Shown here: positions 39,617-55,869 of the stretch, piece after piece
Layout of the letters: every line of letters starts with the position of its first letter
Position numbering within the stretch: the first letter of the stretch is position 1
Assembly: GCA_951406725.2 (NCBI GenBank)
Contig: OX597836.1
Span: 40,424,001-40,488,000, forward strand
DNA from: Octopus vulgaris
Taxonomy: Eukaryota
Length of the DNA stretch: 64,000 bases
Direction of reading: 5' to 3'
Notes under the pieces: model-generated
What the model saw: only the letters and a program-made list of their open reading frames with translations
Database searches by the model: none
Told to the model about the DNA's origin: nothing
Made by a program: the position numbers and the translations under genes

Positions 39617-39800
39617 TCGCCATGATAGATCGCTAGTCTCTACGCATTCTTTATTTCCTTTCCTTGTTTCTTTCTGTGTCCTTTCTGTAGACGAGCGTAG
39701 GCTCGAAACGTAAAAGACTTTTTCTATTCCTGAGCGTTACATCTGTTTGTTTTGTACACCACCTGTCTTCGTCTTTTGTTTTTTTTTGTGAATATTCCCT
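39617..39800 (+). mobile_element. Family B element
   Basis: Motif at 39681-39716. Confidence 0.82.
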
Positions 39801-39811
39801 ATATATATATC

Positions 39812-39877
<66 letters not shown>

Positions 39878-40182
39878 TATATAAGTTCTGTAAAAATTTA
39901 GATTCAGTTGAATATGGTACTTAAGTTAAAGGCACCAGAATTTGGTATGGTATTATCCATATAAATCAAAATGGAGTGACTCGACACTGACGGTTGTGTC
40001 AGGTGCTTCGGTCCCAGCCAGAACACTTAAATAGTCCAAACAATAAAGTGGATAGTCCAAAATACAAGAAGTAGAAAACTACGCGTCTACAGCCGAGAAT
40101 AATGCAGTGGAAGGGGCGACAGAGTTGAGCATGATGGGACATGCAGAAACGGAAGCAGGGAATAGACAAGGCTGGAGAGATT

Positions 40183-40972
40183 CTTTTCTATTTTAGGCAC
40201 AAGGCTCGAAATTTTGGGAGAGGGGGGCAGTCAGTACACAACTAGTACTTAATTTATCAATCCCGAAAAGGCAAAAACGACCTCGGCGGAATTTGAACTC
40301 AGAACGTAACGGTAGACGAAATACTTATTTCTTTACTACCCACAAGGGGCTAAACACAGAGGACAAACAAGGACAGACAAACGGATTAAGTCGATTACAT
40401 CGACCCCAGTGCGTAACTGGTACTTATTTAATCGACCCCGAAAGGATGAAAAGAAAAGTCGGCACTGGCGGAATTTGAACTCAGAACGCAGCGGCGGACG
40501 AAATACCACAAAGCATTTCGCTCGGCGTGCTAGTGTTTCTGGCAGTTCGCCACCTTCGAATGATAAAATATTATTTTATACTCTAAGCAAAAGGCCCGAA
40601 ATTTCTGGGGAAGGGACAAGTCAATTAGATTGAGCCCAGTATGCAACTGGTACTTATTTTATCGACCCCGAAAAGATGAAAGGCAAAGTCGACCTCGGCG
40701 GAATTTGAACTCAGAACGTAGCGGCAGACGAAATACCTATTTCTTTACTAGCCACAAGAGACTAAACACCGAGAGGACAAACAAGGACAGACAAACAGAT
40801 TAAGTCGATTACATCGACCCCAGTGCGTAGCTGGTACTTATTTAGTCGACCCCGAAAGGATGAAAGGCAAAGTTGACCTCGACGGTATTTGAACTCAGAA
40901 CGTAAAGTCACAAGATGAAATACTGCTAAGCATTTCACCCGGCGTGCTAACGTTCCCGCCAGCTCGCCGCCT
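40183..40972 (-). mobile_element. Composite of SINE S2 copies inserted into a decayed RTE-like LINE 3' end
   Basis: 18-bp TSD with 2 mismatches at 40165-40182 and 40973-40990. Rejoined flanks translate as GHAETEAGNRQGWRDYTAAF*, resembling an RTE ORF C-terminus. Confidence 0.75.
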
Positions 40973-41221
40973 GACAAGGCCAGAGAGATTACACAGCTGC
41001 CTTCTGAGTCGGATGGCGTTGGTGTTAGTAACTAAGATACTGACGGATATTTAAGTGACTCTGCATCTTAACCTACCAAGAGTTGGCTTCGTGCCTAATC
41101 GGACAGAAATCAATATGTCGCCTTAACTGTGTCATCGAAGCTATCTTCAATGAGTTCATTATGATCGCTATTTTTACTGTATTTACTATTCACTGACTTC
41201 ATTTATATATATATTTTTTAT

Positions 41222-41630
41222 TCTTTTTGTTTTTATTTCAGTCATCTGATTGCGGCCATGCTGGAGCACCGCCTTTAGTCGAACAAATTGACCCCAGGGT
41301 TGCTAACGTTTCTTATTTCTTTATTGCCCACAAGGGGCTAAACATAGAGAGGACAAACAAGGACGGACAGACAAACGGATTAAGTCGATTATATCGACCC
41401 CAGTTCGTAACTGGTACTTAATTTATTGACCCCGAAAGGATGAAAGGCAAAGTCGATCTCGCCACCATCGCTTGACAACCGATTTTGGTGCATTTTCGTC
41501 TCCGTAACGTCGCGGTTTGGCCTAAGGGACCGATAGAATAAGTACTAGGCTTACATAGAATTGTTCGACTAAAGGCGGTGCTCCAGCATGGCTGCAGTCA
41601 AATGACTGAAACATGTAAATGAATAAAAGA
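41222..41630. mobile_element. Two inverted S3 tails enclosing an S2 fragment
   Basis: S3 (-) 41222-41297, S2 (-) ~41300-41461, S3 (+) 41462-41630. Confidence 0.82.
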
Positions 41631-42325
41631 ATGAAAGATAGCTACGTTAACTTTGTGCTTTATTAGAATCGAGTGAACTCATGACTCCAAATAAGAAACT
41701 TTTGGTTGTGGACGAAAACCAAAACAAATGTGATACAATAAAACTGGGACTCCGTCGTTCATGACGACCAGGGTTCCATTTGATCACTATAAACGACTTG
41801 TACCCTCCTCTCAAAAATTGCTGCCTTTAAACCCTGCAACAGACTGGTGTTCCGTTCAGGGTAATGCTGTGATCTCGATCATTTTTACACCATGAAAACC
41901 GGATAACCAGCCTTATGTGTCCTAGGGCTAAAGAAAAATACATGAATAAAAAAAAACCTACCGAATTTTAATTTCCGGCGGAAGTCGTTTCAATTTGTTT
42001 ACATAAATAATACCTTTCTTAAAAGGATTCAGGAATGGAAATTGTACGTGATGCACACCAAAGAACACTATTTTAATAATTCATTAAGCGAGATTATAAG
42101 TTAATTAGAGCACAGAGAAATTAATTAGAGAAAATCTAAATATATAAATATAATTCTTATAAACAATTCATTCAAGATGGACGGGATTTGTTTTTCTTTT
42201 CTCGTTCAATTTCTTTCTTCTCTGCTTCACGTTCGATCTACATGGCGATTCGTCTTTACCCCTTCATGTCTTCAGAAGCTCGCAAACGCGACCACTGTTA
42301 GTCATAGTGGCTATTCTAGAGCATC

Positions 42326-42716
42326 GTGGAGGCGCACTGGCCCAGTGGTTAGGGCAGCGGACTCGCGGTCATAGGATCGCGGTTTCGATTCCCAGACCGG
42401 GCGTTGTGAGTGTTTATTGAGCGAAAACACCTAAAGCTCCACGAGGCTCCGGCAGGGGATGATGGTGATCCCTGCTGTACTCTTTCACCGCAACTTTCTC
42501 TCACTCTTACTTCCTGTTTCTGTTGTACCTGTATTTCAAAGGGCCGGCCTTGTCACTCTCTGTGTCACGCTGAATATCCCCGAGAACTACGTTAAGGGTA
42601 CACGTGTCTGCGGAGTGCTCAGCCACTTACACGTTAATTTCACGAGCAGGCTGTTCCGTTGATTCGGATCAACCGGAACCCTCGTCGTCGTAACCGACGG
42701 AGTGTTTCCATCACCA
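42326..42716 (+). mobile_element. SINE S1, tail type a
   Basis: TSD TCTAGAGCATC at 42315-42325 and 42717-42727. Confidence 0.93.
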
Positions 42717-42811
42717 TCTAGAGCATCAACGCCTTTTCCATTCTGTCTGCTGAGATCATGGGGTGACCTGAATTACAGGAAATTGTACGTTCCACTCTTC
42801 CAGTCCTTAAA

Positions 42812-43037
42812 CCCTTTCGTTACCAACCCGGCTGAAACCGGCTCTGGCTCTGGCTCTGTAGTACAAATGTCTTGTTTTCATAAGTTCTGAATTAAAATCT
42901 TCCACCAAACCTTAGTCGCAATTTACGTTCCTAACACTAGCTGAATGATAACTAAATTATTTTACTAAATTCTTTGTTATATTTAAAATTAATTGGAAGA
43001 AACAGAGCATCTCAACAGAAATATGGTAACAAAAGGG
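42812..43037. mobile_element. piggyBac-like MITE
   Basis: TIRs CCCTTTCGTTACCA / TGGTAACAAAAGGG. TTAA at 42807-42810 (one extra A) and 43038-43041. Confidence 0.88.
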
Positions 43038-43150
43038 TTAATGTAAATTTACTCCGTATAAACCTAGGAAAAACAGTTTAAAGGTAATTTTAGTTGACAG
43101 CCTGGGTACTTAAATATAGATAAACTATATACCAGTAATATACTGTAAGA

Positions 43151-43201
<51 letters not shown>

Positions 43202-43241
43202 TGTCTTTGTTACATTTCCCTCCAGTTTTCTGCGTTGACAA

Positions 43242-43304
<63 letters not shown>

Positions 43305-43346
43305 GCAGCCTCTTAAATATAGATAAACTATATACCAGTAATATAC

Positions 43347-43430
<84 letters not shown>

Positions 43431-43453
43431 CATTATTATTATTATCATTATTA

Positions 43454-43490
<37 letters not shown>

Positions 43491-44069
43491 TATTATTATT
43501 ATTATTGTCATCATCATTATTTTTATTATTACAGACTATATTTATTCCACAAGTATAGTCCTCTTGCACCCAAGTACAAATCGATGTCAATTTATCTCAC
43601 ACAAAATCGATAGTGATTTATTATGTGACTTTTGCTAACCAAGTGTATCGATTTTATCGATCGATGAGACTTTATTGCTATTAATTTCAAGAGAGTTCCT
43701 TACCAAACTATGTCAGCTCAGTGACAAAAGACTAGAATCTGTTGTTTTCGCCGCCATTGTCGTCGTTATCGCCGTCGCCATCGGCGTCGTCGTTACAGCC
43801 GTTTCCGTTGACGCTGTCGCCTTTGTTGTCGATGATAATGCTATTGTTGTTGTTAACGTTGTTGTTCTTTAGCTCGGCTTCTGCTCTAATCCAGTAAGCT
43901 TATACATCAGTTAGAGTTTCCGTCGCGACAATCTTGTTTTAGGTTTAAACACAACGACTTCTGGGCTACATCATTCGACCTTGAACTAGCTTCTCTCTTT
44001 ACATTATTTAAGAGAGACTTGCCTGTTGTTTCCAGCAGGTTTATCATCTATGTACGGACTCGCGCGTTA

Positions 44070-44476
44070 GTTTACTCTTTTACTCTTTTACTTGTTTCAG
44101 TCATTTGACTGTGGCCATGCTGGAGCACCACTTTCTTAGTGGAGCAAATCGACCCCAGGACTTATTCGTTGTAAGCCTAGTATTCATTCTATCGGTCTCT
44201 TTTGCCGAACCGCTAACTTACGGGGGCGTAAACACACCAGCATCGGTTGTCAAGCGATGTTGGGGGGACAAACACAGACACACAAACATACACACACACA
44301 CACATACCCCATATATATATATATATATATAGATAGATAGATAGATAGATACGACAGGCTTCTTTCAGTTTCCGTCTACCAAATCCACTCACAAGGCTTT
44401 GGTCGGCCCGAGGCTATAGTAGAAGACATTTGCCCAAGGTGCCACGCGGTGGGATTGAACCCGGAACCATGTGTTT
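44070..44476 (-). mobile_element. SINE S3, nearly full length
   Basis: Reverse complement of 30041-30450. Confidence 0.9.
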
Positions 44477-44556
44477 GTAGAAGCTGTGGCAAATAAAACA
44501 AAAGCGAAACGTTATTGCAGTAACTATTGTTGTTATTGTTGTTGTAATAGATGTTG

Positions 44557-45049
44557 TCTTCTTCTTCTAATCAGGATTCACGCCATTATCCACAAAGAAT
44601 AATCTCTAATTCGAGCCTACTCTAAGCTACTACGAGTGCGTGCGGCAACTTGAAGATCAACCCACCACACGCGATAGACTGGCGGTTGCAAGGGCGCGAA
44701 AGCTACGTTGTTATCCTCATTCCGTAAACGGTGGATTTTTTTAACGGGTGGAGAGCTGAACCATCCTAGGGTACAGAGGATTTGCAATCTAGACTAGGGT
44801 CTGAAAGTTTTACCACACCATAGTGGGTTATATCATGGTTCCTCTTCTTTGTGGCAGAAGTAGGAAGAAAGAGTGAGAGAAAGTTGTGGTGAAAGAGTAC
44901 AGCGGGTTTTACCCCCCCCCCCTGCCGGAGCCTCGTGGAGCTTAGGTGTTTTTGCTCAATAAACACTCACAATGCCGGTCTGGGAATCGAAATTGCATTC
45001 TTACGACTGCGAGCCCGCTGCTCTAACCACTGGGCCATTGCTTCTCCAC
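44557..45049 (-). mobile_element. SINE S1 head with long putative tail type e ending in (AAG)n
   Basis: Head 44870-45049 is clear. The tail extent is inferred from the AGAAGAAGAAG terminus. Confidence 0.6.
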
Positions 45050-45840
45050 TATAGCTGTTATTGTTGTCATTATAGTTATAATTGTTAAGGTGGCAAGCTG
45101 GCAAAATCGTTAGCACGCCGGGCGAAATGCTTAGCGGTATTTCGTCCGCCGTTACGTTCTGAGTTCAAATTCCGTCGAGGTCGACTTTGCCTATCGGAGT
45201 TAATATAATAGGTACCAGTTGAACACTGAGGTCGATGCTCTGTGTGTGTGTATGTGTGTGTGTGTGTGTGTGTGTGCGTATGTGTGTGTGTTTGTGTTTG
45301 TTTCGCCTTATATCGTTTGACAACTGGTGGTGGTTCGTTTGTGTACTGTAAAAAAATACATACTGGAGTTGATTTGTTCGACTAAAAGTCTTTGAAGGTG
45401 GTGCCCCAGCTTGGCCGCAGTCCAATGACTGAAATTAGTAAAAAGATATAAGATAGGGAGGGACGTAATGTAACCGAATTATTCAGAAGTTTGTTTCGCA
45501 ATTATGCGGTCCCGGGTTCATTCCTGTTACGTGATGTTATGACGATACGAGTTTTTAAAAACAGCTTTGCGTCGATCCAAGCTTTCTATTTTTAAAATAT
45601 GTACTGGCGGAAACTGTGTAGAATCGCGTGAGATGATTTCGTTCTTGTAATTAAGATGATCCGGCCTTGTTACACACTGTATCAAAAATATTTGGCTTGG
45701 GAACTGAATTGAATGTACATATGTCTGTGGAATATTCAGCCGTTCACACACTCATTCAAAGGTCTGATAGTTCAGTTGATCGAACATTCAGTAGAATAAT
45801 CATCGTCGATAGCGACGGAAACTGAAAGAAGCCCGTCGTA

Positions 45841-45891
<51 letters not shown>

Positions 45892-46513
45892 ATGTTTGTG
45901 TGTCTGTGTTTGTCCCCCACAACATCGCTTGACAACCGATGCTGGTGTGTTTACGTCCCCGTAACTTAGCGGTTCGGCAAAAGAGACTGATAGAATGAAT
46001 ACATATACTTTCACTTTCACTCTAGTTCAAACGCCTGAATACGGTGTTCCTGTTCTCTTATCCTGTCCTGACTCCCTAATGATTCCACTAGAGTCGTACT
46101 TCATTCTATCGCCCCTGGAGGGATGAACGGTAAAGTTGATCTTGGCGAGATTTGAACTCAGAAACGCAAGAATACTGTATAAATATTTCGAGGCTTTTCA
46201 CTCCATGATTTAACGAATCTGCATATTCACCGCTTATATGTGAGAGAAGGTGGAAAAGTGGAAAAGTTAAAAAAAGGAAATGATGAGAATAAAAAAAATG
46301 AATATTCAAACTAATTCTTTTTTTTTAACTTTTTTTTTTTTTCAAGAAAATTTCCAGTTCAGATCTAATCTGAAAATCCTTCCTATTTAATCTGAGAATT
46401 AATGAAGGATATAATCCGGAGATTATATCTCATATTTAATCTGAAACACAAAAGAGCGACAGAAACACGAGCCTTGTCAACGCAGAAAACTGGAGGGAAA
46501 TGTAACAAAGACA

Positions 46514-46514
<1 letters not shown>

Positions 46515-46567
<53 letters not shown>

Positions 46568-46666
46568 GTAATAATAATAATAATAATGATAACAACAACA
46601 ACAACAAGAATGATAAAATTTATAATAATAAGAACAATAAAATGAATAATAATAATAATAATAATC

Positions 46667-46733
<67 letters not shown>

Positions 46734-46798
46734 CAACGACAAGAATGATAAAATTTATAATAATAAGAAGAAGAATAAAATGAATAATAATAATAATC

Positions 46799-46829
<31 letters not shown>

Positions 46830-46876
46830 CAACGACAAGAATGATAAAATTTATAATAATAATAAGAAGAATAAAA

Positions 46877-46956
<80 letters not shown>
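46515..46956. repeat. (AAT)n with three higher-order ACAAGAATGATAAAATTTATAATAAT units
   Basis: Directly visible. Confidence 0.93.
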
Positions 46957-47566
46957 CCTTTCTACTATAGGAACAGGGTGGCCTGAAACATGTGGGAATG
47001 GGCTAGTTAATTTCATTGACCCCAGTGCATAACTGGTATTTATTTCTTCGACCCTGAGAGGATGAAAGGCAAGCGGTGATGATGATGATGATGATGAGGA
47101 GGAGGAGGAGGAGGAGGAGGAGGAGGTAGAGGACTGTATTGCTTTCTTGTATTTGCTGAGGGGGGGGCGTGTCGAATAAAAGGGGACATTACAAAGCTGG
47201 GTTTCATAAAGTGTTCAGGGTTTACATAGAAATCAACTGAGAGAAGACAAAACGAATGCGATCAAAAATGTAGGTGGTATAAAAACGGGGGACGACGCAG
47301 ACCTCCTGATACAGAATGAACTTCCAAGGGCCAGTAAAGGAGCCCTTATGATTCCACGTTCAGCCTGACCCACGAAAAGAGCAAAGTACCTTCTGCCACC
47401 TTTCATTCTTCCAAAATAATGCATGCAGGTGAGAGAATATTGGAATTTTCGGTTTTTTTATTCAACATGTTCCGAGATCTTTTCAACTTCATTGCTTGCA
47501 ATCTCCTTTTGTCTGAAGGAAGTCCAGCATCCGTTATGAAGCATCATTATTATCACCACCACCACC

Positions 47567-47648
<82 letters not shown>

Positions 47649-47875
47649 ACAATTATTATTATTAGTTAGTTAGTTAATTAGTTAATTTTAGCTCAAAAAG
47701 CAAAAAGCAAGGCCATGTAGGGGGGACATGGAGTGGTGTTATTATTATTATTATTATTATTAAGGCGGCGAGCTAGAAGAATCGTTAGCACGCCGGGTGA
47801 AATGTTTTGCAACATTTCATCCGTTTTACGTTCTGAGTTCAAATTCCGCCAACGTCCGCTTTCCCTTTCATCCGT

Positions 47876-48305
47876 GCAGGTGGGGCCCAGTTAGAATTTT
47901 CTTCCGGTTGAGTAGCCCATCCCGCTCAAAAGGTCCCTGAATAAGAATTGTTTAAGGATGTTGAACGAACCACCCATGTTTCCAAAGGTGAATTATCCAA
48001 ACCTCCAAGAATTCCTTTCAAAACATGGCTATGATGCTCCCTCACTACTTCTGCTTGTGGTCAGAGATGCACATATCGTCAGCCACTAAGGGACATGATC
48101 AACTGGTTAAGGTCAAACAACTGACAAGCAAATCTGTGGTATTGAGCAGAAAATTTGCTGTAGCCCATCTTTGATACCAAGACAAAACAATGTAGATGAT
48201 AACACTTCCAATCAGTTAAGATCAGCAGCCATGAGAGCCACTGCCTGGTACTGCATCAGGGCATAGGTACCGTATCAGGGCATTAAGGTACTGCATCAGG
48301 GCATA
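47876..48305 (+). mobile_element. Probable non-LTR retrotransposon 3' UTR ending in (ATT)n, with triplicated terminus GGTACTGCATCAGGGCAT
   Basis: Terminal 18-mer repeated three times before (ATT)n. Joined upstream to an S2 head (47761-47875). Confidence 0.5.
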
Positions 48306-48330
48306 GTATTATTATTATTTTTATTGTTGC

Positions 48331-48390
<60 letters not shown>

Positions 48391-48391
<1 letters not shown>

Positions 48392-48590
48392 AGGTCGGTG
48401 AGCTGGCAGATTTGTTAGCACGCCGGGCGAAATGCTTTATCGGCATTTCGTCCGTCTTTACGTTCTGAGTTCAAATTCCGCCGAGGTCCTCTTTGCCTTT
48501 CATCTTTTCGAGTACCAGCTGAGTACTGAGGTCGATGTAATTCGACTCCCATACCAACCTCGAGATTGCTGGCCTTGTGCCAAAAAATAT
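48391..48590 (+). mobile_element. SINE S2, tail type 2
   Basis: Head and tail match 17145-17360. Confidence 0.85.
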
Positions 48591-48611
48591 TATTATCATT
48601 ATTATTATTAG

Positions 48612-48669
<58 letters not shown>

Positions 48670-48736
48670 TATTTGTTTGTCATGTACAGTATTCAATCGA
48701 TCAATCTGCATGGATGCCAAAATACCGTTATTGTTG

Positions 48737-48769
<33 letters not shown>

Positions 48770-48989
48770 GTGCTGGTGGTGCTGGTGGTGCTGGTGCTGG
48801 TGATGTTGTTTATGCTGTCGTTTTAACGAAGTTCCTCTTATAAGCCATTTTGTTTTTTCATTAAAATTACATTTATGATTTTTATTTTATTTTCTACAAA
48901 AGTGCTCTGGGACAGTAGACTGTTTACTCTGTTACGTAAAAGTTGAACAGCACGCTTAATGTCGGATATTTGTATCACGTATACATACA

Positions 48990-49067
<78 letters not shown>

Positions 49068-49114
49068 ACATATTTGTATATATATACTTATATATTTACA
49101 TACATATATATGTA

Positions 49115-49217
<103 letters not shown>

Positions 49218-50960
49218 ATGTATATGTATGTATGTATATTTTTCTTGCAGACATTCTTAATTTGGTTTGTTTATTAGCAATTCAATATGGCAAGCTCTGC
49301 GAGAGGTGATCCTATCTACAAAACATAGTAGCAGCGACTACTCCCACACCAGTTTTGAGATGACAGAAAGCGATTTACAAAATAAAAAGATCATCAGAAA
49401 AATAATCACATTGAAACAAACAGGCGCTCTTACAAACACGGACAGTCGCAAATAGAAACTTGTACGACTTCAACAACAGCATGAACAACAACAATAGCTC
49501 ATTCTTTTTCTTTTTGCAAGCGTTGCAAGCCTAAAGGAAATTTAGACATCAGTCAAATCCAGACAAAGGAAAAAGCGTGGCAGAGGGATGTAGCAAATGT
49601 AAGTGCTTCTTTGCCCGAGGAATTTATGCAGGAAAATGTAAGGAAGACAGTGACACACTTTTGTTTTTCTTAAACAGACGAGTAGGAAGAAGCACTAACA
49701 GATGAGTACACCATTATTATCCAAAGAAAAGAATATGGAAATGTGTAGTTGGTCTTTAAAAGGACTACAAGTCGGAGACACAGAAAGTATAGTTGGGATG
49801 TCAGAAAAACTGACAGGGAGGTAGAGTTGCTATTTAGCCCCAAGTCGGTCTTGATTGAACTGATGAAAACATTCCAACAGTGACCGACACGACTTTATAT
49901 TTCAGGTAACCAAGTACATTATCCAATGTGTCTTTCCATTTTAGGATATAATTTCCAAAAGACTTTACTGCTGTTTTTAGCAGATGCAGTGGCCATAGAG
50001 GACCCCCTCATTGACTCGTGTACAGCGATAGCATGACAAGTGGAGTGGTGTAGAATCGAAGCGCAATGGCGCAATGGCGGAGTGGCGTGTTGGAGTGCTG
50101 GAATATAGTTGTATAATGGTGGAGTTTAATGGTATAGTCGTGGATTGTGGTCGTATCGTAGTTGGGGGTGAGAAGTGGAATGCTTACAGTATGGTCATGG
50201 TGGTGGCGATGGCTGCGATGGAGTTCATAGCGGTGAGGGTGGCGACGGCGGTGATCGTGGAGGTGGTAGTGGTTCTAGAAGTGGTGGTGATGACGGTTGT
50301 TGTGTTGGTGGTAGTCTGGATGTCGGCGACTGTAGTAGTAGTAGTAGTAGTGGGTGGTGATGATGGCTGCGACGATGGTGGTGGTTGTGGTGGTGGCGGC
50401 GACGACGGCGGCGATGGTGGTAGTCACTGCTGTGATGGTGGCGATGCCGGGGGTGCTGCTGGTGGTGGTGTCGGTGGTGGTGTTGGTGATGGTAGTGGTG
50501 TCAGTGTTTGTGGTGGTGGTGGTGGTCGTCGTCGTTCTCGTCGTCATCGTAATGGTGGTGGTGGTGGTAGCGGCAGTGGAAACACCAACAATGGCGGTGC
50601 AGTGATGGAGCGACTTGGTATAGTGGCGTAGCAGGAAAAAGGAAGAAAAAAAAAGCGTAGACGACTACAATATTAAGACGTTTGCAGATGTCTACAAAGA
50701 TTATTGTTGTTGCCTGACGGAGGGATTTACGTGGTTAAAGAGATTTTCGATTTTACTGACATTCACCGTAATTATTGGTGGACTTGAGTGAACAATGGAA
50801 CAAACATGTTGGTTGATGTGTGCCATATGGATGGATGGAGATGGTGGGATGGAAGATGATGGTGTGACGGAGGAGGAGGAGGAAAAGAAGCAGAGGAACG
50901 GAGAAGAGAGAGGTATTGATGAAAGGCGGCAAGGAAAGATATATATATATATATATGTAC

Positions 50961-51066
<106 letters not shown>

Positions 51067-51144
51067 CTATATATAGGGGAAAGAGAGAGGTAGAGATACT
51101 GACAGACAGAGGGAGAGATGCTTGGATAAGATAGACAGATAGAC

Positions 51145-51232
<88 letters not shown>

Positions 51233-51263
51233 GGATGGATAGATAGATAGATAGATAGATATC

Positions 51264-51495
51264 AAGACAATTTATTCCACGTTGCTCCAGTCCACTCAGC
51301 TGGCAAAAATGAGTTATACCTGTATTTCAAAGGGCCGGCCTTGTCACACTCTGTGTCACGCTGAATATCTCCGAGAACTACGTTAAGGGTACACGTGTTT
51401 GTGGAGTGCTCAGCCACTTGCACGTTAATTTCACGAGCAAGCTGTTCCGTTGATCGCATCAGCTGCGACCCTCGTCGTCGCAACCGACGGAGTGC
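51264..51495 (+). mobile_element. SINE fragment sharing tail a with S1 but with a different upstream segment
   Basis: TACCTGTATTTCAAAGGGCCGG...CCGACGGAGTG, preceded by TTGCTCCAGTCCACTCAGCTGG. Confidence 0.82.
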
Positions 51496-51505
51496 TCCTA
51501 TATAA

Positions 51506-51594
<89 letters not shown>

Positions 51595-52129
51595 TAATAT
51601 ACGAAGGGCTTCTTTTCTGTTTCCATCTACTAAATCATTTCACGAGGCTTTGGTCTGCCCGAGGTTTTTCTAGAAGATACTTGCCCAAGGTGTTTTGTCT
51701 TAGATCTGACTTGGAGCGAACCAAAAATAACAGCAACAGCAACAACAAATATAAATAAAGGAACAAAACAGAAGCATTAGCGGTGGCGGTTCCAACACGC
51801 ACACACGTATGCACACATGCACAGGGAGACGCACACACATACACCACCACCACAACCACAACCATCTACCTCGATAAACTGGTACTATCGCTTGCTGTAA
51901 ACCGCATCTCTCATTCCCTCTTTCATTTCACACATAGATTGTATGTATGTATGTATGTATGTATGTATGTATGTATGTATGTATGTATGTATGCATGCAT
52001 GTATGTTTGTATGTATGTATGTATGTATGCATGTGAGGAAAGGCTGTGCACTGAGTCAATCCCACTCACTAAGCAACAGCAGCCATAATCCGAAAAGAAA
52101 AACAAGTCAACATCATCGGTAACCACTGA

Positions 52130-52520
52130 GCCGCATGTTTTATGTCGGAGTTATCCCAGTTACCGGAGTTACCTTCTTCTAGAAGGATGCCCTAACAAAA
52201 GCTAGGAGTCCTTCACTTCCAATGGTTTAACCGCGCGATCGGGTATTCAGTCCGATTATTTCTATGTCCCCGCGCATGATACAGCCTTAAGCCTTAAGAA
52301 GAAAAAAATTACACATTTATTGGATGGCCGTTGACACTCAAGAGTTCATCCGCCCTTTGACGGGTTTTGTTTTTCATCCCGCAGGGTGTCCAATAAACAC
52401 CCTCCTCACCAAGCAAGCTTGGTGGGGTTGCCGGTTTAGTCGCTGACAGCCCGACTATGCAACAGGTTGTACTGGGTTACATGTTACCAGTAGCACTCGA
52501 AAGTGACCTGACGTTAAAAA
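52130..52520 (-). mobile_element. Possible RTE-clade LINE 5' UTR fragment
   Basis: GC-richer, hairpin-rich segment (GACTAAACCGG, GGGTGT..ACACCC, CACCAAGC..GCTTGGTG). Resemblance to RTE 5' UTRs is from memory and unverified. Confidence 0.35.
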
Positions 52521-53311
52521 AATCTTCCTGCACAGGCATTGCACGGTAACAACATTGTTCATGATTGTTGATGGTGCTGTGAGTCTCAACTGAATGGCTG
52601 GCTGTAGCCTTGAAAAGCAAATAAAAGTCACATTCGATCACAACACCAATAACAGTTAAGCTTCGTGCAATGGCCATACTCGATAACGAGGGGGCAGCCA
52701 TCATATACGCATGTATGTATGTATGCACGCATGTATGTATGTATGCACGCATGTATGTATGTATGTATGTGTATGAGTGTGCGTATATGTACGTATGTGT
52801 ATGTGTGTATGTGTGTATGTATGTCTATGTATGTGTGTATTTATGTATGTGTGTATGTATGTATATGTATGTGTATATGTATGTATGTGTATGTGTGTAT
52901 GTGTATATATATATATATGCATGTTATGTGTACGTATATATGTATGTGAGTATGTATGTGTGTATATATGTGTTTATGTATGTGTAAGTGTATATGTATG
53001 TGAGTATGTATGTGTGTATGTATGTGTTTATGTATGTCTATGTGTTTATGTATGTGTGTATGTACGTGTATAAGCATGTATGTATGTATATATATATGTA
53101 TGTATGTGTATATGTATGTGCGTACGTATGTGCGTATGTATGTGTATATGTATGTATGTATCTATACATGTATGTATGTGTGTATGTATATATGTATGTA
53201 CGTATGTGTGCACATGTGTGTATGCATGAATATGCGGTAGTCAAGATACTCTTCCACTTTTTTCTCCATTTCTCTCTCTATCTGTATCTCTGCCTCTTTC
53301 CATCTCTCTCC

Positions 53312-53360
<49 letters not shown>

Positions 53361-53675
53361 ACTTCCCACTCCCACTTTCACTTTCACTTTCTCACTCCCA
53401 CGCTAGAATTTTCCCGCCAACAAACCACCAGCGTAATGGCAGATTTAATTTAACGAATTCACTCCGGTTATCTGTTACTAAAGGTTTATCGTGTGGTCGC
53501 CAGGCAACCGTCGCTCGTTCTATCTTTCATCGTCTACACATTTTTCTTTCACTCTTTCCTTCATTCCTTCTCTTTCTTTCAATATAGCCATCTATATCTA
53601 TTTATTTCTTTATCTCCAATACGCGTCTATTTGTGTGGGTGTCTTTCAACGTATCCGTCAGCCTGTCTATTTATC

Positions 53676-53717
<42 letters not shown>

Positions 53718-53741
53718 CATATATATGTATATATATATATG

Positions 53742-53817
<76 letters not shown>

Positions 53818-53892
53818 ATGTTTGTCTGTTTATCTCTCTATATATATATTATGTATATTTAAATAAAAAGCATTTTATTGAATACACAATCT

Positions 53893-54290
53893 CAGGCGTA
53901 GCTGTGTGTTAAGAAGCTTGCTTCCAAAACACTCAGTTCTGGGTTCAGTCCCATTGTGTGGTACCTTGGGCAAGTATCTTCTACTATAGCCCCAGGCCGG
54001 CCAAAGCCTTGTGAGTGGATTTTGGTAGATGGAAACTGAAAAGAAACCCGTCGCATATATATATATATATATATAATTATATATGTATATCTCTATATGT
54101 GTGGTTTTGTTTGGCAACCTGTGTTGGTGTGTTTACGTCCCCGTAACTGGGTTGGTACGGAAAAAGAGACCAATAAAATAAGTACAAGGCTTTAGAAAAA
54201 TAAATGCTGTAGTCGATTTGTTCGACTTTAAATATCTTTAAAGCGGTGCTCCAGAATAGTCGCAGTCAAATAACTGAAACAAAAGAACAA
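53893..54290 (+). mobile_element. SINE S3, diverged full length
   Basis: Aligns with 30041-30450. Confidence 0.85.
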
Positions 54291-54327
54291 AAGAATACAA
54301 GGGACACACACGCGCGCGCATATACAT

Positions 54328-55846
<1,519 letters not shown>

Positions 55847-55869
55847 TACAACTGAGTGGTTAAACAAAA

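Noticed and set aside
46402-46986. Asn-rich 194-aa ORF
   Set aside because: (AAT)n microsatellite following a retroelement stub.
49270-49810. A-rich segment resembling a decayed LINE ORF1
   Set aside because: Multiple stops and no motif I can identify.
49894-49911. Second AG|GT site (TATTTCAG|GTAACC)
   Set aside because: Weak pyrimidine tract and donor, and it appears to lie in an old dispersed repeat.
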